Source: Candidatus Iainarchaeum sp. (GTDB lineage Archaea > Iainarchaeota > Iainarchaeia > JAFGOX01). Taken from it: 39,065 nt of DNA. Each line of letters opens with the position of its first letter. Positions within the stretch are counted from its first letter, which is position 1. The notes below the pieces were generated by a model that was not told where the DNA came from, did not search any database, and was given only the letters and a program-made list of their open reading frames with translations. The translations under genes and the position numbers were made by a program. Of this stretch, positions 18,827-27,235 are shown piece by piece. The stretch lies in contig JAFGOX010000009.1 of NCBI GenBank assembly GCA_016926295.1, forward strand, positions 1-39,065. Reading direction: 5' to 3'.

Positions 18827-19110
18827 TGGAAGAATGCAAAGATTCAAAATGTCCGTTCCACGGTAGCTTGGCCGTAAGAGGTCAGACAATCACAGGTGTA
18901 GTGGTACGTGACAAAATGCAAAATAGCGTAATAGTGCAGAAAGAATATGCCCGCTATGTACCAAAATACAAACGTTACATGAAAGTACGTTCAAGAATCC
19001 CTGCCCACAACCCACCATGCATAAAGGCAAAAACAGGAGATAAAGTTGAATTAAGCGAATGCAGAAAACTAAGCAAGACAAAAGCGTTCGTAGTAACAAA
19101 AAAATTATAG
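18826..19110 (+). CDS. rps17: 30S ribosomal protein S17
   Basis: CKDSKCPFHGSLAVRGQTITGVVVRDKM is typical of archaeal S17. I chose the ATG at 18826 (TAATG overlap with the rnp1 stop); the ORF track begins at an in-frame TTG at 18811. Confidence 0.9.
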   Translation: MEECKDSKCPFHGSLAVRGQTITGVVVRDKMQNSVIVQKEYARYVPKYKRYMKVRSRIPAHNPPCIKAKTGDKVELSECRKLSKTKAFVVTKKL

Positions 19111-19119
19111 GTGAAATAA

Positions 19120-19518
19120 ATGAAGGCATTACCTGCAAATATAACCAAGGGAATAATTACTGGAACCAGGCTAGTTTGCGCAGACAACAGTGGTGCAAAA
19201 GAACTGGAAGTAATAGGCGTAAAAGGTTACAAAGGCAGGAAAAGACGTTACCCTGCTGCAGGCTTGGGAGACATGGTAATCTGCTCAGTCAAAAAGGGTA
19301 AGGTAAGTGTCAGAAAGCAAAAAGTAAAAGCAGTAATAATAAGACAAAAAAGAGCTTACAAAAGACCAAACGGAACCCGGGTAAAGTTCTGGGACAACGC
19401 AGCAATTTTGGTAAATGATGATGGTATTCCAAAAGGAAGTGAAATCAAAGGACCCGCAGCAAAAGAGGTTGGCGTACGCTGGCCAAAGGTTGCAGGTATC
19501 GCACCAATGTTATTCTAG
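19120..19518 (+). CDS. rpl14: 50S ribosomal protein L14
   Basis: 132 aa. GTRLVCADNSGAKELEVIGVKGYKG. TAGGTGAAATAAATG junction. Confidence 0.94.
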   Translation: MKALPANITKGIITGTRLVCADNSGAKELEVIGVKGYKGRKRRYPAAGLGDMVICSVKKGKVSVRKQKVKAVIIRQKRAYKRPNGTRVKFWDNAAILVNDDGIPKGSEIKGPAAKEVGVRWPKVAGIAPMLF

Positions 19519-19527
19519 GTGAAATAA

Positions 19528-20058
19528 ATGAAAATAAAATCAAGTCAAGCAAGAAAACAAAGGCTAACCCTTTACGAGATGCCTTTACATCACAGGAAAA
19601 AGCTAATGTCAGCTACATTATCAAAAGACTTGAGAAATGAAATTGGCGCCAGGAATATTGTAGTGAGAAAGGGCGATACAATCAAAGTAGTAAGGGGCAC
19701 ACACAGGGATAAAACCGGTGTTGTTGCTTTGGTAGACAGAATGAGTGGGTTTGTACAGGTGCAGGGAATAAATATCAAAAAAGTTGATGGAAAGGAACTC
19801 CCGGCAAAAATAGCACCATCAAATATCATAATCACAGATATCGACACAACAGACAAGAAAAGATTCAAGAACGTGGCAAAAGGAAAAACAATTAAGGAAA
19901 GAGCTCCGAAGAAAATAGAAGAACCAAAGAAGAAAGAGGAAAAGGAAGAGGCAGAAAAAGAAGAAGAAAAGCCAAAAGCAAAGAAAGAAACCACAAAGAA
20001 AGAGAAGCCAAAAAAGGAAAAAGAAGAAACTGAGGAGATTCAACCTATAAGAATTTAA
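19528..20058 (+). CDS. rpl24: 50S ribosomal protein L24 with Lys/Glu-rich C-terminal extension
   Basis: 176 aa. KOW motif VRKGDTIKVVRGTHRDKTGVV. About 60 aa of KE-rich tail. Confidence 0.9.
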   Translation: MKIKSSQARKQRLTLYEMPLHHRKKLMSATLSKDLRNEIGARNIVVRKGDTIKVVRGTHRDKTGVVALVDRMSGFVQVQGINIKKVDGKELPAKIAPSNIIITDIDTTDKKRFKNVAKGKTIKERAPKKIEEPKKKEEKEEAEKEEEKPKAKKETTKKEKPKKEKEETEEIQPIRI

Positions 20059-20068
20059 GGTGAAAACA

Positions 20069-20803
20069 ATGGGAAACGCAGGTGAAAGGAAGAGGCAAAA
20101 AAGGATTTCAGCTCCAAAGGTCGCAATGATTAAGAGAAAGGAAAATACTTGGACTTTCAGAATCAAAGCAGGAAAGCACAAGAAGAACACAGGAATTCCG
20201 CTTGGCCTTATAGTTAGGGACTACCTTGGCTTTGCCGAAACTGCTAAAGAAAGTTTATTCATGATAAACAACGGGTATGTTCTTGTAGATGGAAAAACAA
20301 TAAAGGGCGGAAACAAATACATAACCGGTTTATTTGATGTAATTTCATTCCCGGAAATCAAAAAGAACTACAGGATTGTATTTGACAAAAAAGGTAGGTT
20401 AATACCTTTGGAAATCAAAGACTTAAAAGACAAGATATGCAAAATAACAAATAAAACCCAGTTAAACAAAGATACTATCCAAATCACGCTTAATGACTCA
20501 AGAAACATAAGAATACCCCTAAAGGAAAAGGACAAGTACAAAGTTGGTGGTAGTGTAAAGATTTCGTTGCCTGAAGGAAAAATAAATGAAATTTATGAAT
20601 TAAAAGAAGGAAATATATCATATGTTATCCATGGAAAACATGCAGGCAGTGAAGGAAAATTAGTTGCAATTGTTCCCGCAACAATGACAAAACCGGCAAT
20701 TGTTAAAATTGCATCAAAAGAAGCAGAATTTGAAACAACAAGTGAAAACACGATTATAATCGGAAAAACAAAACCAGAAGTTGAATTATTCGGTGGTAAA
20801 TAA
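20069..20803 (+). CDS. rps4e: 30S ribosomal protein S4e
   Basis: GNAGERKRQKRISAPK N-terminus and KICKITNKTQLNKDTIQITLNDSRN. ATG at 20069, 6 nt after AGGTGA; the ORF track uses the GTG at 20060 that lies inside that motif. Confidence 0.9.
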   Translation: MGNAGERKRQKRISAPKVAMIKRKENTWTFRIKAGKHKKNTGIPLGLIVRDYLGFAETAKESLFMINNGYVLVDGKTIKGGNKYITGLFDVISFPEIKKNYRIVFDKKGRLIPLEIKDLKDKICKITNKTQLNKDTIQITLNDSRNIRIPLKEKDKYKVGGSVKISLPEGKINEIYELKEGNISYVIHGKHAGSEGKLVAIVPATMTKPAIVKIASKEAEFETTSENTIIIGKTKPEVELFGGK

Positions 20804-21318
20804 TGTCAGAAAAAAATCCAATAACCGCACTTAAGCTTGAAAAGGTAGTGCTAAACATCGGCGCAGGCGAACCAGGAAACAAACTGAACCATGCCGTTAC
20901 ATTACTGGAAAGGATTACTGGCAAGAAAGCAACCAAAACAAAATGCAAGGTAAAAGAACCAAAATGGAGCCTTAGAGAAGGCCTTGAAATTGGAACAAAA
21001 ATAACCTTGAGAAGAAATGACGCAGATGAAATGCTCAAGAGAGCTTTAGTTGTTGTAGACAACACATTAAAGAAAAGCTCAGTATCAGAAAATGGCAACA
21101 TCAGCTTTGGCGTACCTGAATACATTGACCTTCCTGGAATCGAATACGATCCAGACTTGGGAATCATGGGATTCGACGTATGCATAAAGTTAAAAAAAGC
21201 CGGAGAAAGAGTTTCACGAAGAAAAATAAGACCAAAAAAGATGCCCAAAAGACACAAAAGTACTAAGGAAGAAACCATAAACTTCCTGCAAGAAAAATAT
21301 GGAGTTAAGTTTGAATAG
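20803..21318 (+). CDS. rpl5: 50S ribosomal protein L5
   Basis: 171 aa. NPITALKLEKVVLNIGAGE and YDPDLGIMGFDVCI. TAATG overlap with rps4e. Confidence 0.93.
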   Translation: MSEKNPITALKLEKVVLNIGAGEPGNKLNHAVTLLERITGKKATKTKCKVKEPKWSLREGLEIGTKITLRRNDADEMLKRALVVVDNTLKKSSVSENGNISFGVPEYIDLPGIEYDPDLGIMGFDVCIKLKKAGERVSRRKIRPKKMPKRHKSTKEETINFLQEKYGVKFE

Positions 21319-21326
21319 GTGTAACA

Positions 21327-21503
21327 ATGGCAACCATAAAGAAGCAGAAAAATGAAAGGATAATAGAAAAGAAAGGTAGAGGAAACAGAAAATGCAGAAT
21401 ATGCAATAACCCGAACGCCTTGCTTAGAAGATACAGATTAAACATCTGCAGAAAATGCTTCAGAGAATATGCAGAGGAGATTGGTTTCAAGAAATACAAT
21501 TAG
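21327..21503 (+). CDS. rps14: 30S ribosomal protein S14 (zinc-binding type)
   Basis: 58-aa ORF below the ORF-track cutoff, translated by hand: MATIKKQKNERIIEKKGRGNRKCRICNNPNALLRRYRLNICRKCFREYAEEIGFKKYN. CxxC...CxxC motif. TAGGTG lies upstream. Canonical slot between L5 and S8. Confidence 0.9.
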   Translation: MATIKKQKNERIIEKKGRGNRKCRICNNPNALLRRYRLNICRKCFREYAEEIGFKKYN

Positions 21504-21511
21504 GTGATGAA

Positions 21512-21904
21512 ATGGCTCTAAATGACACTTTAGCAAATGCAATGATATGCATCAAAAACGGAGAAGCAATCGGACATGATACCTGTGTAATCAGGCCTGC
21601 ATCTAAACTAATTAAAGAAGTGCTTAGAGTCATGCAGAAAAACGAATACATTGGGGACTTCGAAGAAGTTGATGACGGTCGCGACAAATTATTCAAGGTC
21701 AAACTTAGCGGAAAGGTAAACAACTGCAAGGCAATCAAGCCAAGACTGCCAATAAAAAGAACCGAATATGATGTTATAGAAAAACAATATCTTCCTGCAA
21801 AAGGCGTGGGAATTATCATAATAACCACCCCTGATGGCGTAATGAGCCTGGATGAGGCAAAGGAAAAGAAAATTGGCGGGAGATTATTGGCCTTTGTATA
21901 TTAG
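21512..21904 (+). CDS. rps8: 30S ribosomal protein S8
   Basis: 130 aa from the ATG at 21512, after TAGGTGATGAA. DTLANAMICIKNGEAIGH N-terminus. The ORF-track start at 21455 would overlap rps14. Confidence 0.92.
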   Translation: MALNDTLANAMICIKNGEAIGHDTCVIRPASKLIKEVLRVMQKNEYIGDFEEVDDGRDKLFKVKLSGKVNNCKAIKPRLPIKRTEYDVIEKQYLPAKGVGIIIITTPDGVMSLDEAKEKKIGGRLLAFVY

Positions 21905-21911
21905 TGATGTT

Positions 21912-22451
21912 ATGGAAAAGAAAGTAATTAGCGAAATAAAAATACCCGAAGGGGTTAACATAACCGTAGAAGGCAAAACAGTTAATGTCCAGAGTGGTGA
22001 AAAGAAAACATCAAGGACAATAAAGACAAAAGGCATTGACGTAATTGTAGAAGGTGACACAGTTAAAATACTGGTCCCAAATGAAAGAAAGAGCTTTGTA
22101 TCAACCGGAATAACAATCGGAAAGCACATAGAGAATATGATACTTGGCGTAAGAAAGGGTTTTGTTTACAAGTTAAAAATTAATTATGCGCACTTCCCAA
22201 TCAGGGCCGCAGTAAACGGCGATGTGGTAGATATTGAAAACTATGTTGGAAGAAAGCAAAAGATAAAATCAAAAATAATGCCCGGAGCAAAAGTTGAAGT
22301 TAAAGGACAGGACATTATTGTCAGTGGAATAAGCAAAGAAGCAGTAGGACAAACTGCAGCAAACATGGAAGAAGCAACAAAAGCAAGAAGACTTTGCAAC
22401 AGAAAATTCCTTGATGGCATTTACCTTATGGAAAGAGGTGTTGGAAAATGA
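21912..22451 (+). CDS. rpl6: 50S ribosomal protein L6
   Basis: 179 aa from the ATG at 21912. IKIPEGVNITVEGKTVNVQSGEK and YAHFPI pattern. The ORF-track start at 21852 lies inside rps8. Confidence 0.92.
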   Translation: MEKKVISEIKIPEGVNITVEGKTVNVQSGEKKTSRTIKTKGIDVIVEGDTVKILVPNERKSFVSTGITIGKHIENMILGVRKGFVYKLKINYAHFPIRAAVNGDVVDIENYVGRKQKIKSKIMPGAKVEVKGQDIIVSGISKEAVGQTAANMEEATKARRLCNRKFLDGIYLMERGVGK

Positions 22452-22822
22452 CTGACGACATAAAGAAAAGAAAGAGAATGATCAAGAAAAAGGTCAAACC
22501 GCGCTTCAGAAGGCAAGAAATAAACAAATTGAAGAAATTGGCAAACAACGACAGGTGGAAAAAGCCAAGGGGCATCAACTCAGACAAAGCAGACAAAATG
22601 AAGCCTAACGGCGTTCACCCAAAAATTGGGTACAGCGCGCCAAAAGAAATAAGATTCATGCACCCGTCAGGATACTACGAAACAAGAGTCTTCAATACCC
22701 AACAATTGGAAAGCTTGCCAGAAAATCATGCAATCAGGATAGGAAGAACCGTAGGAAAAAGAAAGAAACTTGACATAATCAAGGCGGCAGAAGCCAAAGG
22801 AATAAAAGTGCTAAACAGATAG
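22448..22822 (+). CDS. rpl32e: 50S ribosomal protein L32e
   Basis: 124 aa. FRRQEINKLKKLANNDRWKKPRGINS and HPSGYYE. ATGA overlap with rpl6. Confidence 0.9.
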   Translation: MTDDIKKRKRMIKKKVKPRFRRQEINKLKKLANNDRWKKPRGINSDKADKMKPNGVHPKIGYSAPKEIRFMHPSGYYETRVFNTQQLESLPENHAIRIGRTVGKRKKLDIIKAAEAKGIKVLNR

Positions 22823-22831
22823 GTGAAGTAA

Positions 22832-23275
22832 ATGAAAGTAGTAAAAGCGAGAGAAATAGCAGCAGAAGTTGCAGGCGTAGGAAAAAGCAAGATAAAAATA
22901 GATTTTGCACGCATGGAAGACATAAGTAAAGCTATTACTCGCGATGACATAAGGGCACTTTTGAAAGATGGCGGGATTACAGTAAGCAAAGAAAATTACC
23001 AAAGTCGCGGAAGAGCAAGAGTCAAGCACGTAAGAAGGAAAATGGGCCGCGGAAGAAAAGCAGGTAGCAAAAAAGGTACATTAAAGGCAAGAGAAAAACC
23101 AAAGAAAAGATGGATACAAAAAGTGAGAGCACTCAGAAAAGAATTATCAAAGCAAAAAACTGAAAAAAATCTGGAAACCAAAGAATACAGAACTTTCTAC
23201 AGGAGAGTAAAAGGTAACTGGTTCAAAAACAAAAAACACCTGACCCAGACCATTGGTGAAGGTTCCAAGAAGTAG
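22832..23275 (+). CDS. rpl19e: 50S ribosomal protein L19e
   Basis: 147 aa. REIAAEVAGVGKSKIKIDFARMEDISKAITRDDIRALLKDGGI, followed by a basic C-terminal half. Confidence 0.9.
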   Translation: MKVVKAREIAAEVAGVGKSKIKIDFARMEDISKAITRDDIRALLKDGGITVSKENYQSRGRARVKHVRRKMGRGRKAGSKKGTLKAREKPKKRWIQKVRALRKELSKQKTEKNLETKEYRTFYRRVKGNWFKNKKHLTQTIGEGSKK

Positions 23276-23284
23276 GTGCAAAAA

Positions 23285-23848
23285 ATGAAGAGCAGAAGAC
23301 AATTCAAAAGAAGATTGAAAGGAAGGACGAATTACAAAAAGCGTCTTGCACTTGTGAAATCCAGAAAGACCAGATTTGTTATCAGAAGAAGCAGCAATAC
23401 AATATTAATACAGGCAATTAACTTTGGAATGAAGGGCGACCACACAATAACCGGCGCAATGTCACGCGAACTTTCAAAACTAGGATGGAAAGCACACACC
23501 GGAAACATACAGGCAGCATACCTAACTGGTTTACTTTGCGCAAAAAAAGCAAAGGAAAAGGGCACCACAGAAGGAATTCTGGATTTGGGGCTTGCAACAC
23601 CAGTCCATGGAAACGCAATATTCGCCGCACTTAAGGGTTTAATTGACGGCGGAATTCAAATACCCGCAAATGAAGAGGTTTTCCCAGCAGAAGAGATATT
23701 AAACGGAACCACAACTGCAGAGTGGGCAAAGAAATTAGAAAAAGAAAAATATGATATTCAATTCTCAGAATACAACAAAAAGGGATTCAAAGTAGAAACT
23801 TTACCAAAACACTTTGAAGAAATCAAAGCAAAAATAGTGGGCAAATAG
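23285..23848 (+). CDS. rpl18: 50S ribosomal protein L18
   Basis: FKRRLKGRTNYKKRLALVKSRKTRFVIRRSSNTILIQ. ATG at 23285 after TAGGTG; the ORF track uses the GTG at 23276 inside that motif. Confidence 0.9.
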   Translation: MKSRRQFKRRLKGRTNYKKRLALVKSRKTRFVIRRSSNTILIQAINFGMKGDHTITGAMSRELSKLGWKAHTGNIQAAYLTGLLCAKKAKEKGTTEGILDLGLATPVHGNAIFAALKGLIDGGIQIPANEEVFPAEEILNGTTTAEWAKKLEKEKYDIQFSEYNKKGFKVETLPKHFEEIKAKIVGK

Positions 23849-23856
23849 GTGAATTA

Positions 23857-24555
23857 ATGATGGAAAATAGAGAAAGAAGAAGATTTGAGCCAGAACCGAA
23901 AATTTGGACACCTAAAACAGCATTAGGTCGCCAAGTAAAGGATGGCCAAATAACCAGTCTAGATGCAATCCTAACCTCTGGACAATCCATTGCAGAGGCA
24001 GAGATAGTTGATGCATTATTGCCCAACATAAGATCAGAAACCCTATCAATAAACAGAACAACAAGAATCAGGGACTCAGGCAGGGTTATGTCATTCCAGG
24101 CAACAGTAGCTGTGGGAAACGGAAATGGCTATGTTGGAATAGGCACAGGAAAGGCATTATCAGTAAGAGATGCAATCGAGAAAGCCGTAAGAAAGGCAAA
24201 AATGAGCATAATGAGTATAAAACGTGGCTGTGGCAGCTGGCAATGCACATGCGGAAATCCACACACAGTACCATTCAAAGTTGAAGGAAAATGTGGCTCA
24301 GTAAGAATAATATTAATGCCTGCACCAAACGGGCTTGGAATAAGCACAGGAAAAACAGCAAAAACAATACTTGAACTTGCAGGAATTAATGATGCATGGC
24401 TGACAACAAAAGGAAAAACAAGCACAAGCATGAACTTTGCAAAGGCAACGGTTGATGCATTAAAACAAACCAACCTAAAGAAAGGAAAAATGGCCGAATT
24501 TGGAGAAGCACCAAAAATAGAAATGGTAGTTGAAACAAAAGAGGAATCAGAATGA
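23857..24555 (+). CDS. rps5: 30S ribosomal protein S5
   Basis: 232 aa. RIRDSGRVMSFQATVAVGNGNGYVGIGTGKA and LMPAPNGLGISTG. Confidence 0.93.
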   Translation: MMENRERRRFEPEPKIWTPKTALGRQVKDGQITSLDAILTSGQSIAEAEIVDALLPNIRSETLSINRTTRIRDSGRVMSFQATVAVGNGNGYVGIGTGKALSVRDAIEKAVRKAKMSIMSIKRGCGSWQCTCGNPHTVPFKVEGKCGSVRIILMPAPNGLGISTGKTAKTILELAGINDAWLTTKGKTSTSMNFAKATVDALKQTNLKKGKMAEFGEAPKIEMVVETKEESE

Positions 24556-25022
24556 GTCTAATAGCAGTAGTAAGAATACGTGGAGAGGTCCACAACTATC
24601 CAGATGTAAGAAAAACACTGGAATTACTTAATCTGACCCGTGTAAACCATTGCGTATTAGTCCAGAACACCCCACAAAACATGGGAATGGTAAAGAAAGT
24701 GAAGGACTACATAACATGGGGCGAGATTTCAAAGGAAACATTCACATTACTTATGGAAAAAAGGGGAAGACTGATGGGAAACAAAAGACTAACCCCCGAA
24801 ATGCTAAAAGAAAAAACAGAATTCTCAAAACTTGATGCAATTGTTGACAAGCTTTACAACGGCGATGTAAAATTTAAGGACATCAAGGAACTTAAACCGG
24901 TCTTCAGACTTCATCCGCCAAAAAAAGGATTTGAAAAGAAAGGCATAAAGAAAACTTTCAGACAGGGCGGAGTCTTGGGACAAAGAGAGAACATTGACAG
25001 CCTTTTAATTAAAATGATATAG
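24552..25022 (+). CDS. rpl30: 50S ribosomal protein L30
   Basis: 156 aa. IAVVRIRGEVHNYPDVRKTLELLNLTRVNHCVLV. ATGA overlap with rps5. Confidence 0.9.
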   Translation: MSLIAVVRIRGEVHNYPDVRKTLELLNLTRVNHCVLVQNTPQNMGMVKKVKDYITWGEISKETFTLLMEKRGRLMGNKRLTPEMLKEKTEFSKLDAIVDKLYNGDVKFKDIKELKPVFRLHPPKKGFEKKGIKKTFRQGGVLGQRENIDSLLIKMI

Positions 25023-25030
25023 GTGAAAAA

Positions 25031-25489
25031 ATGAAAACCCTACCAAGAAGAAGAAAGAAAAATATAAAATTCCGTGGTGAGCGCGTGCAAGGCTGCGGCA
25101 ACACTGCTAGCAAAAGAGGTAAGGGACGAACTGGAGGAAGAGGACGAGGAGGTTCACACAAACACAAATTCTCCAAGTACTACATGACTTTTGGTAAAAA
25201 GGGTTTCAAGAGACCCGGAGAAGAATTACTAAAAGGAATAAATGTTTATGATATATACGAACAGGTAAAAGCAGGAAAGTTAGGCGAAAAGAAAGACGGA
25301 AAAATAGTTGTTGACCTAACTGAAAAAGGATATGATATACTTTTGGGTCGCGGAAACCCACAGAAATTAGACTCATCATTGGAAATCAAGGTTGGCAAAG
25401 TAACTGCAAAAGCAAAAGAGAAATCAGAAGCATTAGGTTGGACCATTATCGGAATCGGTGATGGGGCTGAACAGGGTGTTGAAGAATGA
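25031..25489 (+). CDS. rpl15: 50S ribosomal protein L15
   Basis: 152 aa. KFRGERVQGCGNTASKRGKGRTGGRGRGGSHKHKF glycine/arginine-rich N-terminus. Position before secY. Confidence 0.9.
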   Translation: MKTLPRRRKKNIKFRGERVQGCGNTASKRGKGRTGGRGRGGSHKHKFSKYYMTFGKKGFKRPGEELLKGINVYDIYEQVKAGKLGEKKDGKIVVDLTEKGYDILLGRGNPQKLDSSLEIKVGKVTAKAKEKSEALGWTIIGIGDGAEQGVEE

Positions 25490-26931
25490 CCTGGATTGAT
25501 CAATTAGAACCGCTCTATTCAAGAGTGCCTTCTGTTAAAACTCCGGCAGTCGCGCCAAACTTAATGACAAAGTTGAAATGGACTGCAGTTATCTTACTTG
25601 TTTTCTTTGTACTTGGAGAAATTAAATTGATTGGAATCAGCGCAGCAACCGCAGGAAGGTTTGCGCAGTTCCAGATGATTCTCGCAAGCAACATGGGTAC
25701 ATTACTTACCGCAGGTATTGGTCCCATAGTCATTGCATCATTGGTGCTTCAGCTTATGGTTGGTGCCAAGATATTGCCATTAGATATGTCAAATCCTATG
25801 GACAGGGCAAAATTTATGGGTTTGAACAGGTTGTTTGCAATTATAATGTGTATTATTGAGCCCCTTGCATATGTTATGGGCGGAATGCTCGCGCCCGCAG
25901 CAGGACCGATGTTCCTCGGAATTAATCTTAACATTATTTTAATCACTGCACAAGTTGCGGCAGGTTCTTTGATTTTGCTTTATTTGGATGATATTTGCGG
26001 GAAATATGGTATTGGTAGCGGTATTGGACTTTTTATCGCCGCAGGAGTTTCAGGCGCGATATTCTGGAGAATATTGAATCCTTTCACAGGTACTGGCGCA
26101 GTTTGGTTCATGGCTGGAAGCGCACCACAGGGTTTGGGCTGGGCAATTTTATACTATCTGACACAAGCAAGCTTCAGCAACATAATACTTGCCGCACTTC
26201 CAATAATCTTTACATTGATTGTGTTCTTGATTGTAGCATATGCCGAAGGTATACATGTAGATATTCCGGTTACATCATCAATGGGTTTTGGAACAAGATT
26301 CCCAATCAAATTTCTTTACTCATCAAACCTTCCGGTTATCTTCGCAGTAATGCTTTTTGCAAACATCCAATTGCTAGCATTGATGGCACAGGGAACACCG
26401 CTTGACCCGTGGATAGGACACTACCAAAACGGTCAGCTTGTAAGCGGATTTGCATTTTACACAAATGCCCCATACGGATACGTGCTTAACTTGGTGCAGC
26501 AGGCAATGGGCGCAACAGCAGAAGAACTTGGTGGAATCAGTACGCTAAGTTTGGGAAGCATAGCGCATGTAATTGGTTATTTTATATTAATGACTGTAAC
26601 TGCAACAGCATTTGGTTTGCTATGGCTTGAGATTTCGGGCACAGGGCCAAAAACACTTGCTGAACAACTGCATTCGCAGGGACAGCAGATTGCAGGGTAC
26701 AGGCGAGATCCGAGAATACTCGAGAATGTCCTGAGGAAATACATTCCTCCATCAGCATTTTTAGGTTCTGCAGCAGTAGGTATGCTTGCAGCAGGGGCAG
26801 ACATTATCGGGTGCCTTTCATCAGGTACGGGTATTCTGCTTACAGTAGGTATTGTTTACAGGTTCTACGAGGACCTTAGAAATATGCAGGCTCAGGAGCA
26901 AAATCCTATGCTTGCAAAAATACTCAAATAA
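25486..26931 (+). CDS. secY: Preprotein translocase subunit SecY
   Basis: 481 aa. Multiple hydrophobic helices, GIGSGIGLFIAAGV, and a C-terminal YRFYEDL region. Canonical position after rpl15. ATGA overlap. Confidence 0.93.
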   Translation: MTWIDQLEPLYSRVPSVKTPAVAPNLMTKLKWTAVILLVFFVLGEIKLIGISAATAGRFAQFQMILASNMGTLLTAGIGPIVIASLVLQLMVGAKILPLDMSNPMDRAKFMGLNRLFAIIMCIIEPLAYVMGGMLAPAAGPMFLGINLNIILITAQVAAGSLILLYLDDICGKYGIGSGIGLFIAAGVSGAIFWRILNPFTGTGAVWFMAGSAPQGLGWAILYYLTQASFSNIILAALPIIFTLIVFLIVAYAEGIHVDIPVTSSMGFGTRFPIKFLYSSNLPVIFAVMLFANIQLLALMAQGTPLDPWIGHYQNGQLVSGFAFYTNAPYGYVLNLVQQAMGATAEELGGISTLSLGSIAHVIGYFILMTVTATAFGLLWLEISGTGPKTLAEQLHSQGQQIAGYRRDPRILENVLRKYIPPSAFLGSAAVGMLAAGADIIGCLSSGTGILLTVGIVYRFYEDLRNMQAQEQNPMLAKILK

Positions 26932-26970
26932 GCCCAAGAATCCTAGAATGGGTTCCAAACTTAATGGTTG

Positions 26971-27030
26971 GGCTTTAAATGGCTATAAACGCCTAAATTT
27001 GGCTTAAAAACAAAAATATAGGAAAAATAA
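26971..27030. repeat. Six 10-bp helically phased A/T-tract units (first four: GGCTTTAAAT GGCTATAAAC GCCTAAATTT GGCTTAAAAA)
   Basis: Read directly. A G/C-rich 2-4 nt head is followed by an A/T tract, repeating with an exact 10-bp period from 26971 to 27030. Confidence 0.6.
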
Positions 27031-27164
27031 GTCTTTTCATTTAAAAGACCAAGCAAAACGAATAAAAGCACAATAGGCCAATATAATATTAAATAATCTA
27101 ACAAAGTCCAAGCGGCTATTTTGTTGGATTCATTGAATATAAGGTAAGTAGTCCAAAAGGACAA

Positions 27165-27235
27165 TCTGGTTCAGAGCTAATCCGCGGAAGTCACTCGGTG
27201 GCATGGACATTAAATTTTCATACCTCTGGTCCAGA
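27165..27235. promoter_or_regulatory. Two copies of near-palindromic TCTGGTYCAGA spaced 60 bp apart upstream of the DUF106-L34e-cmk block
   Basis: tctggttcaga at 27165-27175 and tctggtccaga at 27225-27235 (10/11 identical). The second copy is a perfect palindrome around its central T. Confidence 0.3.

Noticed and set aside
17778-20055. DNA-level tandem repeat or microsatellite in the purine-rich AAG/GAA tracts
   Set aside because: There is no exact nucleotide period. The bias is explained by Lys/Glu-rich low-complexity coding sequence in S3 and L24.
20754-21278. 174-aa ORF on the minus strand
   Set aside because: It is antisense to rpl5, with no SD-like motif and no recognisable domain. Shadow ORF.
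26971-27030. CRISPR array or mobile-element terminal repeat
   Set aside because: The units are contiguous 10-mers with no spacers, far shorter than CRISPR repeats. There are no flanking inverted repeats, no transposase or integrase gene, and no target-site duplication anywhere in the window.
26961-27164. 67-aa minus-strand ORF in the secY-downstream gap, with a hydrophobic TM-like stretch
   Set aside because: It would need a TTG start with no SD-like motif, and it would be the only minus-strand gene in 39 kb. It runs through the phased A/T-tract array, where AT-rich sequence gives hydrophobic or aromatic codons on either strand. It cannot be fully excluded, but I do not call it.
27151-27208. 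Possible tRNA or split-tRNA half in the GC-rich island
   Set aside because: The segment is only 58 nt between its complementary ends. I found no T-arm (GTTCRANNC with flanking 5-bp stems), no D-arm and no anticodon-arm geometry on either strand. It is kept only as an unclassified ncRNA candidate.
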